Below, one piece after another: positions 40,001-49,916 of a DNA stretch of 64,000 nucleotides (its first letter is position 1; every line of letters begins with the position of its first letter). The translations under genes and the position numbers were made by a program. The notes below the pieces were generated by a model. That model saw only the letters and a program-made list of their open reading frames with translations, had not been told where the DNA came from and did no database searches. The DNA comes from Zancudomyces culisetae HAW-14-8 (lineage: Eukaryota > Fungi > Kickxellomycota): positions 2,666,001-2,730,000 of the forward strand of contig JBNJNM010000006.1 of the NCBI GenBank assembly GCA_052426225.1, written 5' to 3'.

Positions 40001-43000
40001 GTTGATCGCAACATCGACCTGGCCGAGCGCATCCATCGTATCAAGTTCTTTGTGTATATCGTTCATTTGTGTCGATCAACGTCAGACCAAAGCGCCAGCT
40101 ATGCGTTTGAATCTGCCTTGATGTCTCAGCCCTCTTCTCGCACTACTTTTGGTCTTAATCAGCTTTTGCCAACTTATGATTCTCGCAAGTTGTCCAAGTC
40201 GCATTTAGATTTTGGTTTTGGAATGGGTATTTCATCTCCAACAAATTCAACTACAACCACAACCACAACCACAACTAATCCATCAAATTCATCAAACCCA
40301 ACTACTACAACTACTACAACTACTTCTGATCGATCACGGTTATTTTCAGCTGGCCCAACTATTATCAATTCTTCTCCTTCTGCCACAAACTTGGCTGCTG
40401 CAGCCAGTGGTTTACCTGGAACTCTAACCAAAAGACGCTCATCCAGACGGCTGGTTGGTACACGCAATTCCAAATACGTACCAGGTTTTGTAGAGCGGGC
40501 AATCGCATCTGCACTGGTCAGTCCAGAGTCTCGGTTGTTTAGCCGTGCGTGGAACCAGGTGGCTGTAGACCATCACGTGACATTATCAACACTGGAGCTG
40601 CTGCTTAAGGGTGTACGCGACTGGTCGTTTGACCGGTGGTTCCACACGCGGGCTGCTCTAGTTACAGGCGAGTCCATGGTTTCAGCCAACGAGTTCGATG
40701 TATCCAAGCACACCATTGCATTGATGGACGACTACCATACCAATGACGACATTTATGTGCCATGTATTGGCTGGTTGTTGGAAAACATTATCAGTTTGTA
40801 CTATGACTCTGCCGATTTGTTAGATGTGGATTTGGCAGCCTCAAAGACGCAGCTGCTGAACTTTAACAAGCGTCAAAACATCCACACGATGATGGGTGTG
40901 TGCTACCGCTTATCTGAGCAATGTGTTAATGCTATATCGTTGCCAGTTGCTCAGCGTATTGATCTTGCCGGACTTAAAGCCCAAGTCTCTGGCTCATACT
41001 ATATCCTTAAGCAGCTTCGTTCGCTAGCCAATGAAGAAAATGCCATTCCGTTGTATGCCGAATCATTTTCAACGTTTTCGGCTCAACCAAACCAAATGCA
41101 AACGAATCCAGATGGATCGGTGTTGACTAACCTGACTAGTGCCTTTAGCTTTAATACCAATCCAAACAAGCTATCCAAGTTTTTCTATACCAACAGATCT
41201 TCGGTTTCCAACAGTGTATCGTTGACCAAAAACTCGTTGTACAGCGAGGACACCTTTTCCAAGAAACAGCGTGACTTTTCCCCATCAGGAACGCTTCGTT
41301 CCAACCCAATCAAAGTCCTTGAATTCAAAAACAACCCTCGCAGCAACAGTATGGCCAGTCCTTCCGATCTCGCTCTTCGATCGATTTCTGGTGGAAATGC
41401 AAATAACGAAACCTACATGGCAGATTCTATGCTTGGGTTGATGGGGTATGGCGACAATGAATCTAAATCCAAGATGCAAATTCAAGTTCAAACAAAGAAT
41501 CCGCGCCAAAATAGCAATTTTGACAGTTTTGGATACCCTATAAAAACCAACACTACAAATGCAAATGCAAATGCAAATACAAATACAAATACAAATGTTA
41601 GCGCTAATACAAATGCAAATGCAAATACAAATGCCGAAAGCAGCAGCGATAGCGATGAAGAAATTCTGGCGACAAATATCAAGTCCAAACTTGGGTTCAA
41701 CAGGTTTTTGTATCCTCAATCTTTTAGAAAACTCAGTGGGAATATTTCTGCTCCCTCAGGCATTCCTCAGCCAGGCGAAAATGGCATAAAGAGCAACTCT
41801 GATGAATCTATATCCAATAGCTTTACAGCTTCGTCGTCCTCGCGGCTAACAACGCCTTCTACTTCCGATAATATGTCTACGGACCATAACAGCCAATCGC
41901 GGTCGTTTAGCTACCAAATGCATCCGGGACCACCATTGGCAAGAACAGTTATTTCGTTAGTCAAGCCATTTACCCGGCTAGTGCAGAATGAGGTTGAAAA
42001 GCAGCGCCATGAATCGATTGAGAGACAAAAGTTGGATCGGGAGTATAGAGAGCGCCGAAAGATTTTGGAAAAGATGAGTATAGAGCGAACCAAAATGCTC
42101 AAGAGACAAATCAAGGAAAAACAGCTTCGTGACGCAAACAATCAGCCACTACTGAAACTCAAGAATCTTATGGATAAGGTTGAGCAAACTTCTCTTGCTC
42201 CAAATCCGAATCCAACCTCAACCCTAAATCCAAACTCAAATCCAAATCTAAATCCAAATCCAAATCTAAATCCAAATCTAAACCCAAACTCAAACCCAAA
42301 TCTAAACTCAATTCCAACACCAGGTTCAACTGCAACTACAACTGCAACTACAACTACAACTACAACTACAACTGCTGGCCCTGATGATTATACCAACAAC
42401 GACTCTGTTAATCTTTTGCAAAAACCAACTTCTTCAAAACTAGATGCTCTTGATGATTATTGTGTGGATGAAGATGGCTATGACATTCTCTTTCCAAATG
42501 CAACTTCTTCATCTTCTTCCCCTCCTCCTCCCACTCCCCTTTCCCTTTCCCTTTCTTCGTCCCTTTCCTCTTCTCTTGCTACTGATAATCATGTTTTGGA
42601 CACACAAAAGGATGCACTGCCAGTTTCACATTCTAATAAACAGACTAATTCAGGTTCCTACGAAGTTGCTACTCCTCACCGTGGCTTGTCTGCCAGAGCC
42701 TATTCTCATTCAACCAATTCTGTCATTTATTCCCATACTGATGGTATCTTGCCTACAAACTCGGGTTCAAATTCAAATCTGCATTCAAGTATAAATTCAA
42801 TTTCGAGTTCTAAGGACTCTTCTTCGCTTCCTATTGATCGCAACTCATCACAAAAGCCCGCCAATGTGATCAATCTCATCAATTCCACAATCACTATCGA
42901 GCAGAATGCAAAGCGGGACTTTGTATTCCGTATTGTTACCGAAGAAGGTGGTCAACACTACCTGCAAGCTCCTAGTGAAGCCGAGATGGATGATTGGATA

Positions 43001-43807
43001 GTCGCCATTCGCGATGCTGCCACCGAAGCTGCTGCCAGACGCCTAACTGTTTTTGTACAGGAAGCCAAGAAGCGCAACAACCTCTCTCTTTCTTCGTCGC
43101 CACCTTCGACTGACAATCTATCTATTTCCGATGCTACTCTTGTCCAGTCCCAGCAGTCCCGTGTTCGCACCCAAAAGCCTGCCACTCGAGTCTTTGGTGT
43201 CGATCTTGCTTCCTTAATGCCTGACCCAGACACTCCACCTGCCGTTCTCCTCAAGTGTATCCGCGAAATTGAAACTCGTGGCTTAAAGGAGGTTGGAATT
43301 TATAGAGTCTCTGGCTCTGCAACCGAGGTTTCCAGACTGCGCACTTTATTCAATTCTGTTGACCCTGAGAATATCGATATTGGTCCCGACGCCTTTCCCG
43401 ACATTAATGCAATTTCTGGCCTGCTGAAACAGTTTTTGCGTGATTTGCCAGAGCCTCTTATTCCACACAACCTGTATTCTGGCTTTATTGCTGCTGCTGA
43501 CATTACTGATTATGACGAGCGTTTGTGGTCCATCAAGGACCTGATAGGCGCCCTTCCACGACACAACTTTGTGACGCTCAAGTGTTTGATTGAGCATCTG
43601 GAACGTGTCACTGATTATGAAGAAATCAACCATATGTATGGCTCCAACCTAGCTCTTGTATTTGGTCCTAGTTTGCTACATCCTCCGCCAGGCGATGCCA
43701 ATTTTATGTTAACAATGTCGAATTTGGGACAGGCCCAAAGTATAGTTAAAAATTTAATTTTACAGTACCATTGGCTGTTTAATGTTGAAGATGAGGAGGT
43801 TTCTTAG
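34031..43807 (+). CDS. Giant Bem2-like protein: N-terminal PH-like, RasGEF-like regions, C-terminal PH and RhoGAP
   Basis: First ATG at 34031. PH-like KEGYLSKK..WKVYRVTLKGAKLFFYK; CDC25-like WIKIGE..AITSPPIARLRETW; PH KRDFVFRIVTEEGGQHYLQA..MDDWI; RhoGAP GLKEVGIYRVSG (Arg finger), LLKQFLRDLPEPL, NHMYGSNLALVFGPSLL. Confidence 0.9.
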   Translation: MSWNTGWGNTRGSKQNANKKNAARPLTIFGGSFKNNIMGFRKIEKDAKDSGENGKAKDSFLWTGRRPATDEASVMEYEVEQNLTEKSGSTMERVGEKGSIRKVSESKKISTKVKEGYLSKKSDLISRATLKTALGKSWKVYRVTLKGAKLFFYKVPSESKLKAMFAEQIVTKESIMDDYRRTGMPLSSSEVDEGSRAILFDPRVSDGVIMDPLCERYVFGECFTEVEIKSFKFKRYVCVLIFDDTLVVLKRRWVKEGKASSFFGAVSNKLRFGKLGKPTHNDNSSLVSAELGIKGKGHFTKWKSHAVYSMKNVEVLESTDVQFMGVRTQGKFGNMVSSRSSLYSIGNQSVSSVMTQTSTLSKDYSGMITAGAAVGFQMYVSGNARTSRMFVATTSDAKNNWMSRFAVAKASYGHKMRLKAREQNRLIKKTQEVSRGGRDNYNTQAKYNQGWGVGERNGNKRTEDSKTQADYIKQSEEVLPRKNLSKTQNSDKDADGKESSERDGNKKMDNQVAKKGDTVQPVNKQEDKISTIFESGSFFGGTANGILRKIIMSSEGQSKTQLYLKALAATYEDFIKTDEFIDALEQVLGMIEKTEERNSNYLENYVYLLEKLCGISKNKLYENQVGRIKALADRLKSSASMVTGGLERLDCLVEGMVSLETQSHNPVLKHKVSETRTLGAETEANDRARSGEAEEESRDVGRDGVSKKKVCRVVGDDIARLNTELQNLGVTGLTSGLLLKLEPEYFAKQIYAFHAEALINTDVLDIKRYLPRSREETDRKIVPKSLLTIGLPGAERSGQNSFSRNYNGITTLGLQGTMAGDSQCGSVSRAEGESESTNSLFYTMHEPHFLVQQIFHQLLTELQPNQATQRGDVLLHWIKIGESSRMLGDAVAWSAIAVAITSPPIARLRETWFSVPVEWKMLVVTKWIPQLLHSNMVCLNADELYKKGSFQPLVIEPLNRDFVALPYYGVIRQNVCQIGKHYMNKAILSLSGSEQLPEEAVVFTKYIKMYKSAHRAIEVLQKRKDDMHGQRIAEFMKQLNSERVEYVQEGESMKYGQEPLINGDIQVYLKTISQSAAMMPDSHLLKLDDSEGLNYVIAKSLEAEASITDLSDELIQADVSEEEALKNGYITQPATVRTEEGLKFTSSTILPLVCPETVPSTNVLQWISPLNRLSLNSWKTGKAAVTTKAAVKEQKEAKIKTIRRLSANSKTISFDLKNSSKHLELSQNLFVLNKSLKTTEELDNLKDSNVRLEQFVADPISPWANSRSRGKTVALDDLDADKHNPISSHKRSLTFPKILDSLDEKDKHFDMQSLSRNKPTFGLESLNLQDSNKSSADTEVAENEAKKSQAEDEHKRKKNTSRATGTNTSMDLFRSYTSNVGSVVFGLGGELVLKIIKIQYATSEMRSSRRASIDSRTGSISSRRSSISTALNGGGSSALLSAEQPKTNLLFNNSGGYGMYLGTNGAGGGTNYVEDFSKPIGYFVQVEAAHTSHLIKIATEGLDFAAPTIKTSLETNEPLEILPGERPKLFLDRVSFMKSFLTAYRHFNVGMDIIRHLDATCFVGQQDGKIKLGSPVVLSRCLDLLCEWTGVFIEDFLGNYSLLQATSAFLKKLVDVLKSHSGGKRHVEKDFTDRLDVLKFIESNVSMFDSQYFEHSLNKQGLVTLYDNNASQFEFVSLVVESLLEKTYILQQIFAIRLLLPSGFTLNDIVLQQKIGIGKINDEQLQRLKLKQESLLLPSSSSSPTPSPSPLSTSPPMSPTPSLLPVGLSLQTSLSLSLQLPLPARSQQKTTNVPPRSSSKLKTASLAVKTANPAPQIISSHLQSLAIDNNSPMEILDSLNRLVQTCYSSCSKQDWQKTFGFLEVQTRVPLGWYSFKRTSSYSDDDLLISDIYMVLENALRRRVDGTDLNRTSNSSISGKYRSSIGMSLINSLGSGRVLSSGSTGFYDYSNNLAAMGSNNDSKSLVSYLPQSIQNLLDLHKFIRMWTIQQIVDRNIDLAERIHRIKFFVYIVHLCRSTSDQSASYAFESALMSQPSSRTTFGLNQLLPTYDSRKLSKSHLDFGFGMGISSPTNSTTTTTTTTTNPSNSSNPTTTTTTTTSDRSRLFSAGPTIINSSPSATNLAAAASGLPGTLTKRRSSRRLVGTRNSKYVPGFVERAIASALVSPESRLFSRAWNQVAVDHHVTLSTLELLLKGVRDWSFDRWFHTRAALVTGESMVSANEFDVSKHTIALMDDYHTNDDIYVPCIGWLLENIISLYYDSADLLDVDLAASKTQLLNFNKRQNIHTMMGVCYRLSEQCVNAISLPVAQRIDLAGLKAQVSGSYYILKQLRSLANEENAIPLYAESFSTFSAQPNQMQTNPDGSVLTNLTSAFSFNTNPNKLSKFFYTNRSSVSNSVSLTKNSLYSEDTFSKKQRDFSPSGTLRSNPIKVLEFKNNPRSNSMASPSDLALRSISGGNANNETYMADSMLGLMGYGDNESKSKMQIQVQTKNPRQNSNFDSFGYPIKTNTTNANANANTNTNTNVSANTNANANTNAESSSDSDEEILATNIKSKLGFNRFLYPQSFRKLSGNISAPSGIPQPGENGIKSNSDESISNSFTASSSSRLTTPSTSDNMSTDHNSQSRSFSYQMHPGPPLARTVISLVKPFTRLVQNEVEKQRHESIERQKLDREYRERRKILEKMSIERTKMLKRQIKEKQLRDANNQPLLKLKNLMDKVEQTSLAPNPNPTSTLNPNSNPNLNPNPNLNPNLNPNSNPNLNSIPTPGSTATTTATTTTTTTTTAGPDDYTNNDSVNLLQKPTSSKLDALDDYCVDEDGYDILFPNATSSSSSPPPPTPLSLSLSSSLSSSLATDNHVLDTQKDALPVSHSNKQTNSGSYEVATPHRGLSARAYSHSTNSVIYSHTDGILPTNSGSNSNLHSSINSISSSKDSSSLPIDRNSSQKPANVINLINSTITIEQNAKRDFVFRIVTEEGGQHYLQAPSEAEMDDWIVAIRDAATEAAARRLTVFVQEAKKRNNLSLSSSPPSTDNLSISDATLVQSQQSRVRTQKPATRVFGVDLASLMPDPDTPPAVLLKCIREIETRGLKEVGIYRVSGSATEVSRLRTLFNSVDPENIDIGPDAFPDINAISGLLKQFLRDLPEPLIPHNLYSGFIAAADITDYDERLWSIKDLIGALPRHNFVTLKCLIEHLERVTDYEEINHMYGSNLALVFGPSLLHPPPGDANFMLTMSNLGQAQSIVKNLILQYHWLFNVEDEEVS

Positions 43808-43982
43808 TGGCTTTTAGGCTTTTACTCTTTCCTTTTTTTTAATTCTCTTTTATTTTGTGTGCTTTTATTTATATATTAATAAACTCTATATTGCTAATAT
43901 TATACTCAAACATTCTATATTTACTTTATTCTCTCCTCTCCTCAACAATAATGAAGAAAAAATAAATAAATAAATAAAAAAC

Positions 43983-44279
43983 TTAATTTTTCTTGCCAAA
44001 GTTGCGTCTATAGACACCGACAAGTCCACCACGTTTCCACCAGCCAAGAATAACTTTGATTGAGGTGAACAAAAAGGACTGGAAGAATGGGACGAATAGA
44101 GTGTCGAGAGTGATTTTGGATACCCATTTGATTTGGCTAAAGGAGTTTGGCAGCATTGCAGCATTGTATTGGGCAAGGGGGACGCGGAATGCCGGATCGG
44201 TGATTACTGAAAGGGGTCGTTTGATGGTATGGCGGTGTAAAGTGTTGAGTTGATTGTTGTAGTTTTTGTAGCTGTGCAT
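43983..44279 (-). CDS. Small orphan protein (98 aa) with one hydrophobic segment and a basic C-tail
   Basis: ATG-started ORF in a GC-richer island between AT-rich flanks. Segment LDTLFVPFFQSFLFTSIKVILGWW. No family confidently recognised. Confidence 0.5.
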   Translation of the reverse strand: MHSYKNYNNQLNTLHRHTIKRPLSVITDPAFRVPLAQYNAAMLPNSFSQIKWVSKITLDTLFVPFFQSFLFTSIKVILGWWKRGGLVGVYRRNFGKKN

Positions 44280-44711
44280 TTTGAATTTTGAATTTTGAAT
44301 TTCGAGTGTCCTTTTTTCTTTTCTTTTCTTGCTATTATTTAGCTTTTTTTTGTTTCAAATTGCTGAACTAAAAATACTAGAGTTGGTCGAAATGTAAGGA
44401 TTTGTTTCATGTATATATGTAGCAGAAGTTTTAGAAAACGAGTAAATGTATATATCTTGGTATTTTTATATTATTATTGTAAAATACGTCTATAGTTAAA
44501 TCTACAATAAAATTAAAATTGACCAACCAAGTTTTCAATTACTATTATTATTTTTTTTTACTCTACAAAAATTAATATTTACAGCATTTTTAGAAAAAGA
44601 ATAAGAAAAAAAAGAAGCAACACTAGTCTATAAAAATTAATAATAATCTCATTAATTCAAAAACAAAAATAAAAGTATAATGGAGAAGGGAGGGGAGGGG
44701 GGGAGAAGGGT

Positions 44712-45122
44712 TTATAGAGTCGATAGTTTGGAGAGAATATCGGATACGCCCTCGCGGATATCCGTATCGTGTGTCGGACCCAGCTTGGCGTGCGCCGCCC
44801 GGTGTTCACGGCCAACTATGCTCAGAAGCCGTTTGTAATCCTCGCGTTTACGACTCTTTGCATCGATCTTTACTTTTGCACCTGTTTTCGAGGTGGATTC
44901 TTGGGTTGACTTTAAATCTTCACCGTTTGTTCCCGTTGTTCCCGTTGTTGTTGTTGTGGTAGTAGTAGTATTAGTATTAGTAGTGTATTTGTGGAGATTC
45001 TGTGAATTGATTTCAGCTAGTAGGTCGTGACGACCTTGGCTATTCTGCATTTTGCGTCCCATTGGGTTACTTTTCGCGTTCGCTTTCGTTTTCGTTTTTG
45101 ATCTCGTCTTTGTTTTTCCCAT
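44712..45122 (-). CDS. Small basic orphan protein (136 aa)
   Basis: ATG at 45122 (MGKTKTRSKTKTK...). GC-richer than flanks, with an in-frame poly-Thr repeat like those in neighbouring genes. Confidence 0.6.
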   Translation of the reverse strand: MGKTKTRSKTKTKANAKSNPMGRKMQNSQGRHDLLAEINSQNLHKYTTNTNTTTTTTTTTGTTGTNGEDLKSTQESTSKTGAKVKIDAKSRKREDYKRLLSIVGREHRAAHAKLGPTHDTDIREGVSDILSKLSTL

Positions 45123-45720
45123 TATATGTTGAAAAGTATGTTTTTTTGCTCTTTTTTTTTTGACCTGGAGTGCAATCAAGAATTTGTCCTTGTACACGTC
45201 TTGTTAATGTAAAAATAAAATAGCAATAATAATAATAATAGATTGTGTTTTCTTATTGTAGTGTTGATATTATTTTTGTTGTAACTTGGCTTGTATTTTT
45301 GGTTTATGCAAAAAAATTTTTTTTTTAGTACATGATCTAATATGTATGATATTTCCTTTGATTTTTATTTTTGCCCACCATACCATATCACCAAAAACCA
45401 ACTTTTTAATCTGAAAATTACCGATTGTTTTTTTTAGCCTTTTCATAATAAAATTAAATAAAATAATAATAAACAATATCCACGTTTTTGTCGTGTTTTA
45501 ATTTGATAGAAGGGAATTACAAAATATGACTAATTTCCTCTCTCTAATTCATACATGGTATTTTTTTTTTGGTGGTTGGTGGGGGTGGTTGGGTGGTTGG
45601 GAAAAAGTAAATGAAAGGCATAGTTTTTTCCTTTTATTTATTTTAGCCTTTTATTTATTTACTCCTCCCCCAATATTCCCCTGTTTTTAGCTTTTATCAC
45701 TTTTATTTCCTTTCCTTTCC

Positions 45721-45797
45721 TTATTCTTTCCTTATTCTTTCCTTATTCTTTCCTTATTCTTTCCTTATTCTTTCCTTATTCTTTCCTTATTCTTTCC
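45721..45797. repeat. Seven perfect tandem copies of the 11-mer TTATTCTTTCC
   Basis: Counted directly. Confidence 0.95.
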
Positions 45798-46501
45798 TTG
45801 TCCTTTCCCAATTTCTTTAAAGGGCAATTGTAGTATAATATAGAAAAACTACATTACACTCTAAATTCCCGCCTCCCAACTCTTTCATATTTTATCTTTC
45901 CTCTTTCCTTTTACCTCTCACTTATCCACCAGTCTTAACCTCATTAAACCCAAATCGCCTTTTTCTTTTTCTTTTTCTTTTTGTTTATGTCCTTTTTGCC
46001 TTTTCTTTTCTTCATTCTTCCCCTACTCCCGTTCCTTTACTTTTTTTTTCGCCCTACTTTGTTTTCCCTGAAAATTCAAATTTTGCTAACCAGCCGCAAA
46101 AAAAATAAAGCAAGCCCAATTACACACACAAGATAGAAACCATTTGATTATAAGACAGCCAAAGTATTTTCTCCATTATTATTTTATGCTTTATATTTAT
46201 TTACGGGCAATTGAATTATTCAACTCTCTCCACTCCTCCCTTCAACTCTCCCAAACTTTCATCCCAACCCAGACCTTCCAACAATTGTCCTTCATTTTCT
46301 GGTCGATAAAATAATTACCGTATTTTATCAACTTTTCTTTTTTTTTTTAATGTATTTAATTTTGTGAAACTTTGAGTCTTGTATATTTCAAATACTTTTA
46401 CGCTTATACTCTTTACAGCTAATCCAAATTGTAATATACAATCTCATTCTACTCTTATTTATAGACGAATACTTTACAAATATATAACCCGTTTTCTCAC
46501 C

Positions 46502-47924
46502 ATGGGTAAGTAACCTTCTACTTTTTCCTTCCTCTTTCCGTCTTTCCGACCCACCATCAGTCGCTGAAGCTTTACTTTCATAAGCAATTATGCACACACC
46601 GTACTCCCTTTTATTTTTTTGCTTGTTTTAACCAAAACTAACACTAATGCATTTACTTTATCTAGGCCAACTACTGTCAAATCTATTCAAGAGTATCTGG
46701 GGCGATAAAGAAGTTCGGATTCTCATTCTTGGTTTGGACGGAGCAGGAAAAACCACAATTCTATATAGACTGCAGGTACGTATTATTAATATCATACTTC
46801 CCTTTAATTACTTTTTCCTTTCCTCCCTTTTCTTTTTTGAGATTTTCAATTAACCTCATCACCCTTTTCTTTTCTTTTCTTATTGTTTGTCTGAATAGAT
46901 GGGAGAAGTAGTTTCCACGATTCCGAGTAAATTGCCATTTACCTTTAACTAACTCTTCAGTGTTTATTTGAACTATTTTACTCAATCGCATGTTAATATC
47001 AACTCGTAATAGCAATTGGATTCAATGTCGAGACTGTAACCTATAACAATATTAAATTCCAAGGTATTTGTCCCCAAATTTCTCATTTGTCTTACCTTTT
47101 AAATATGTTTTGCATGACTTTATCTGTTTTATTATACTCAAATAGTCTGGGATCTAGGAGGTTAGTCTAAAGTATATTATTTTTTAATGTATTTGTTTGT
47201 TTTCACAAAATTGTGATTTAAACAGACTCTTTAACTATGATTCCCTCGACCCTGCAATATCTTTACGATTGAACATTATTAGGCCAATCTAGTATAAGGT
47301 ACGAATATAATAACTTTTGCTTATATACTGCAATCTGAAAAGTTCACATTTATTTCCATTTCACTCTCCTCAACTTACAGCAAGTATGGAATAATAATGT
47401 TAATTTTTTTTTTTGCTCTAAACTATAGACCATATTGGAGGTGTTACTATGCAAATACGAATGCGATAATATATGTTGTGGACAGCAGTGATAGGGATAG
47501 AATAGGAATATCCAAAGATGAATTGGTAGAGATGTTAAAGGAGGACGAACTCAAAGATTCGATTTTGTTGGTGTTTGCAAATAAACAAGACGTCAAGGGC
47601 GCCTTAACAGCAGCAGAAATATCCGAATCTTTGGGAATCACTAAGCTTCAAAATAGGCAGTGGGCTATTTTTAGATCAAGTGCGATTAAGGGCGAAGGGC
47701 TGACAGAAGGATTTGATTGGTATGTTTCTCTCACATCTTTTAAAAAACATCTTTATATATATATATTTATATATATTTATGCGCTGTGACTTGTTTTTCT
47801 CTAAGCAGTAATCAGGTCCAGTTTATAGTATCTAATTATCCTTCATGATACTAATGTGATATAATATTATACATATATTTTTTACTCAAATAGGCTTGTC
47901 AACACTATAAAAAACTCGAATTAG
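46502..47924 (+). CDS. ARL1: ARF-like GTPase Arl1; exons 46502-46505, 46666-46775, 46899-46926, 47013-47063, 47146-47160, 47283-47298, 47429-47719, 47894-47924
   Basis: Spliced product [137 protein letters not shown] is diagnostic of Arl1. Confidence 0.95.
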
Positions 47925-49870
47925 CACACGATTTTTTGCTTTTCCTTTGATCTTCAATTTACTTGTACACTTTCTTTTTATATATTTTTCGCAATCCATC
48001 CTTTGGTCTTACAGTTCTTACACTTATTAATTTACTTTTTTTTTTTTGCAAACTTAATTGACAACTAATGGTAAAAATGTGAATAAAACAAAAATAGTAG
48101 GTATTTAGCATGCTCAGTTGCTTAAATTGATGTTGTATCCTTTTTTTTTTGTGTGTGTTTAATTGAGTACTGAAAAGGTGGCATCATAATGTGAGCTGAG
48201 AGTGTTAGAGTATCTGAGAAAGCTGTTTAAATAAAGAAGCTTAACCTGAGCATGTTTTTTTTAGAAACTCTGACACAACTTATTGGGTATTGCAGAAAAA
48301 TTTTGAAAAAAAATTCTCGTCTCTTTTGTAATAATGATTTTATAGATTTAATTGAGTTTCTACAATGGAATATACTGGGTTTGTGGCCTTAGATTTATAT
48401 CGTACTGACATGCAACTACAACCAGTTTAGTGCATATCGGATTGCACACAAAATTGAATATACTGACATGATTCTTCAATGTAAAACTCTTACAAAGTTG
48501 GCAGATAACATCGCTTTGTTAACTGGATAATCTTCATATACTTTCCCTATAAAGAGGTATTGTAATTACAACATGTTGAGAATGCCGCTAGTACCATTTA
48601 AAAAGATATAACAAAAGTTTCAAGGTTTGCGCGAATTAATAACTGATCTAAACAGCCTTAATCCCGTTTTATTAATTAGATCTGGTCCATTATTGATGGA
48701 TACAATATGATTGACAACCGTTAGATTCGGGGATTTTGCAAAGAGATATCGTTTGTTAGCTTTCCTCAATGATCGTATTTGTGGGTCACGTGTTTGATTC
48801 ATATTAGCATTGGAACAAACAATTCCCACCACTTTGAGTGATTATAATAAACTCTTTGATATACCCGTAGTAAACCAAGTAAGATGAGGTTGTTATTATC
48901 GTCTTATGTGTGTATGCTCATCTATATTTACCATCAAGAGAAACGCCGTGGTTTCTTGATACTCGTGACTTTTTGATTTATAACTTTAGCCCTTTTTTAC
49001 AAAAATTTGGTCTATTTATAGTATTAAATTATTTGTTGCGATTATATTTTCTTCTAAATTTAGATTGGCATTTTACTAAGCAAATGAAAAAAATCCCTGT
49101 ATAAATCCATGCTCAGCCTACCTCTTTCGTAAATTTTTGAACCGATGACTTTATATACATTGCAAATTGGGAGAAACATCGAGAAAAATAGACTGCGAAC
49201 GGGGATTTATAAACTAAGTATTCGGCTAAATGGTGGGTTACTGGCATTTTTTTAATTCTCATAAGTGGTGGATTCCAAGAAATTAAAGCTAGTGTTCTTA
49301 CAACTTTATAATGATTACATAATACCAGAACAACGCCGTGTATTAATGGTGCTTTAATACTTCGAGTGTAACTGGGGAATTCAATTACCACTGCTATTTG
49401 AATTACAAAAGAGAACGCAAAACAATAAATATAGTTAACTCGGAAACAGAGGAAACTTTTTTTGCTTGAATTCCCATCTATTGCACTCCATAACCATTTT
49501 CGTCGTTTTTCGCATATCTCTTTATTTTGCAATAAGTTTCCCCCCTTTCATATTTAGTAAATATACATTTAATACATTTTATTATTATAGTAGAGTCTTG
49601 GACCATTTTGAATATTGCTCATACTCTAACATTTTAAAACCAAGCCCGAGGCCAAGTGGATTAATATTCTTCAATTTGATAGTAGTATTAGGTAGAAGAA
49701 AAAAAATCAGTGCAACCAACTGACTGGATAAATTTAAAACGAATATATACTAATACCAGATAACAAAGTATACACAACCAAGTTCACAAGAATCCTGTTT
49801 TATCTATTCAAAAACTGAGGATATATACTGGGTTAGTCGAACAGTTATAAACCACAGAAAACAAACGAAA

Positions 49871-49894
49871 AAACAAACAAACAAACAAACAAAC
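49871..49894. repeat. (AAAC)6 immediately upstream of the 7TM-RGS start codon
   Basis: Read directly. Confidence 0.8.
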
Positions 49895-49916
49895 AATATA
49901 TACGAATTAGCTGAGA

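Noticed and set aside
33985-43633. Minus-strand ORFs up to 324 aa
   Set aside because: Shadows of the Bem2-like CDS with no recognisable motifs.
45721-45797. CRISPR-like array
   Set aside because: Contiguous repeats without spacers, no cas genes, eukaryotic context.
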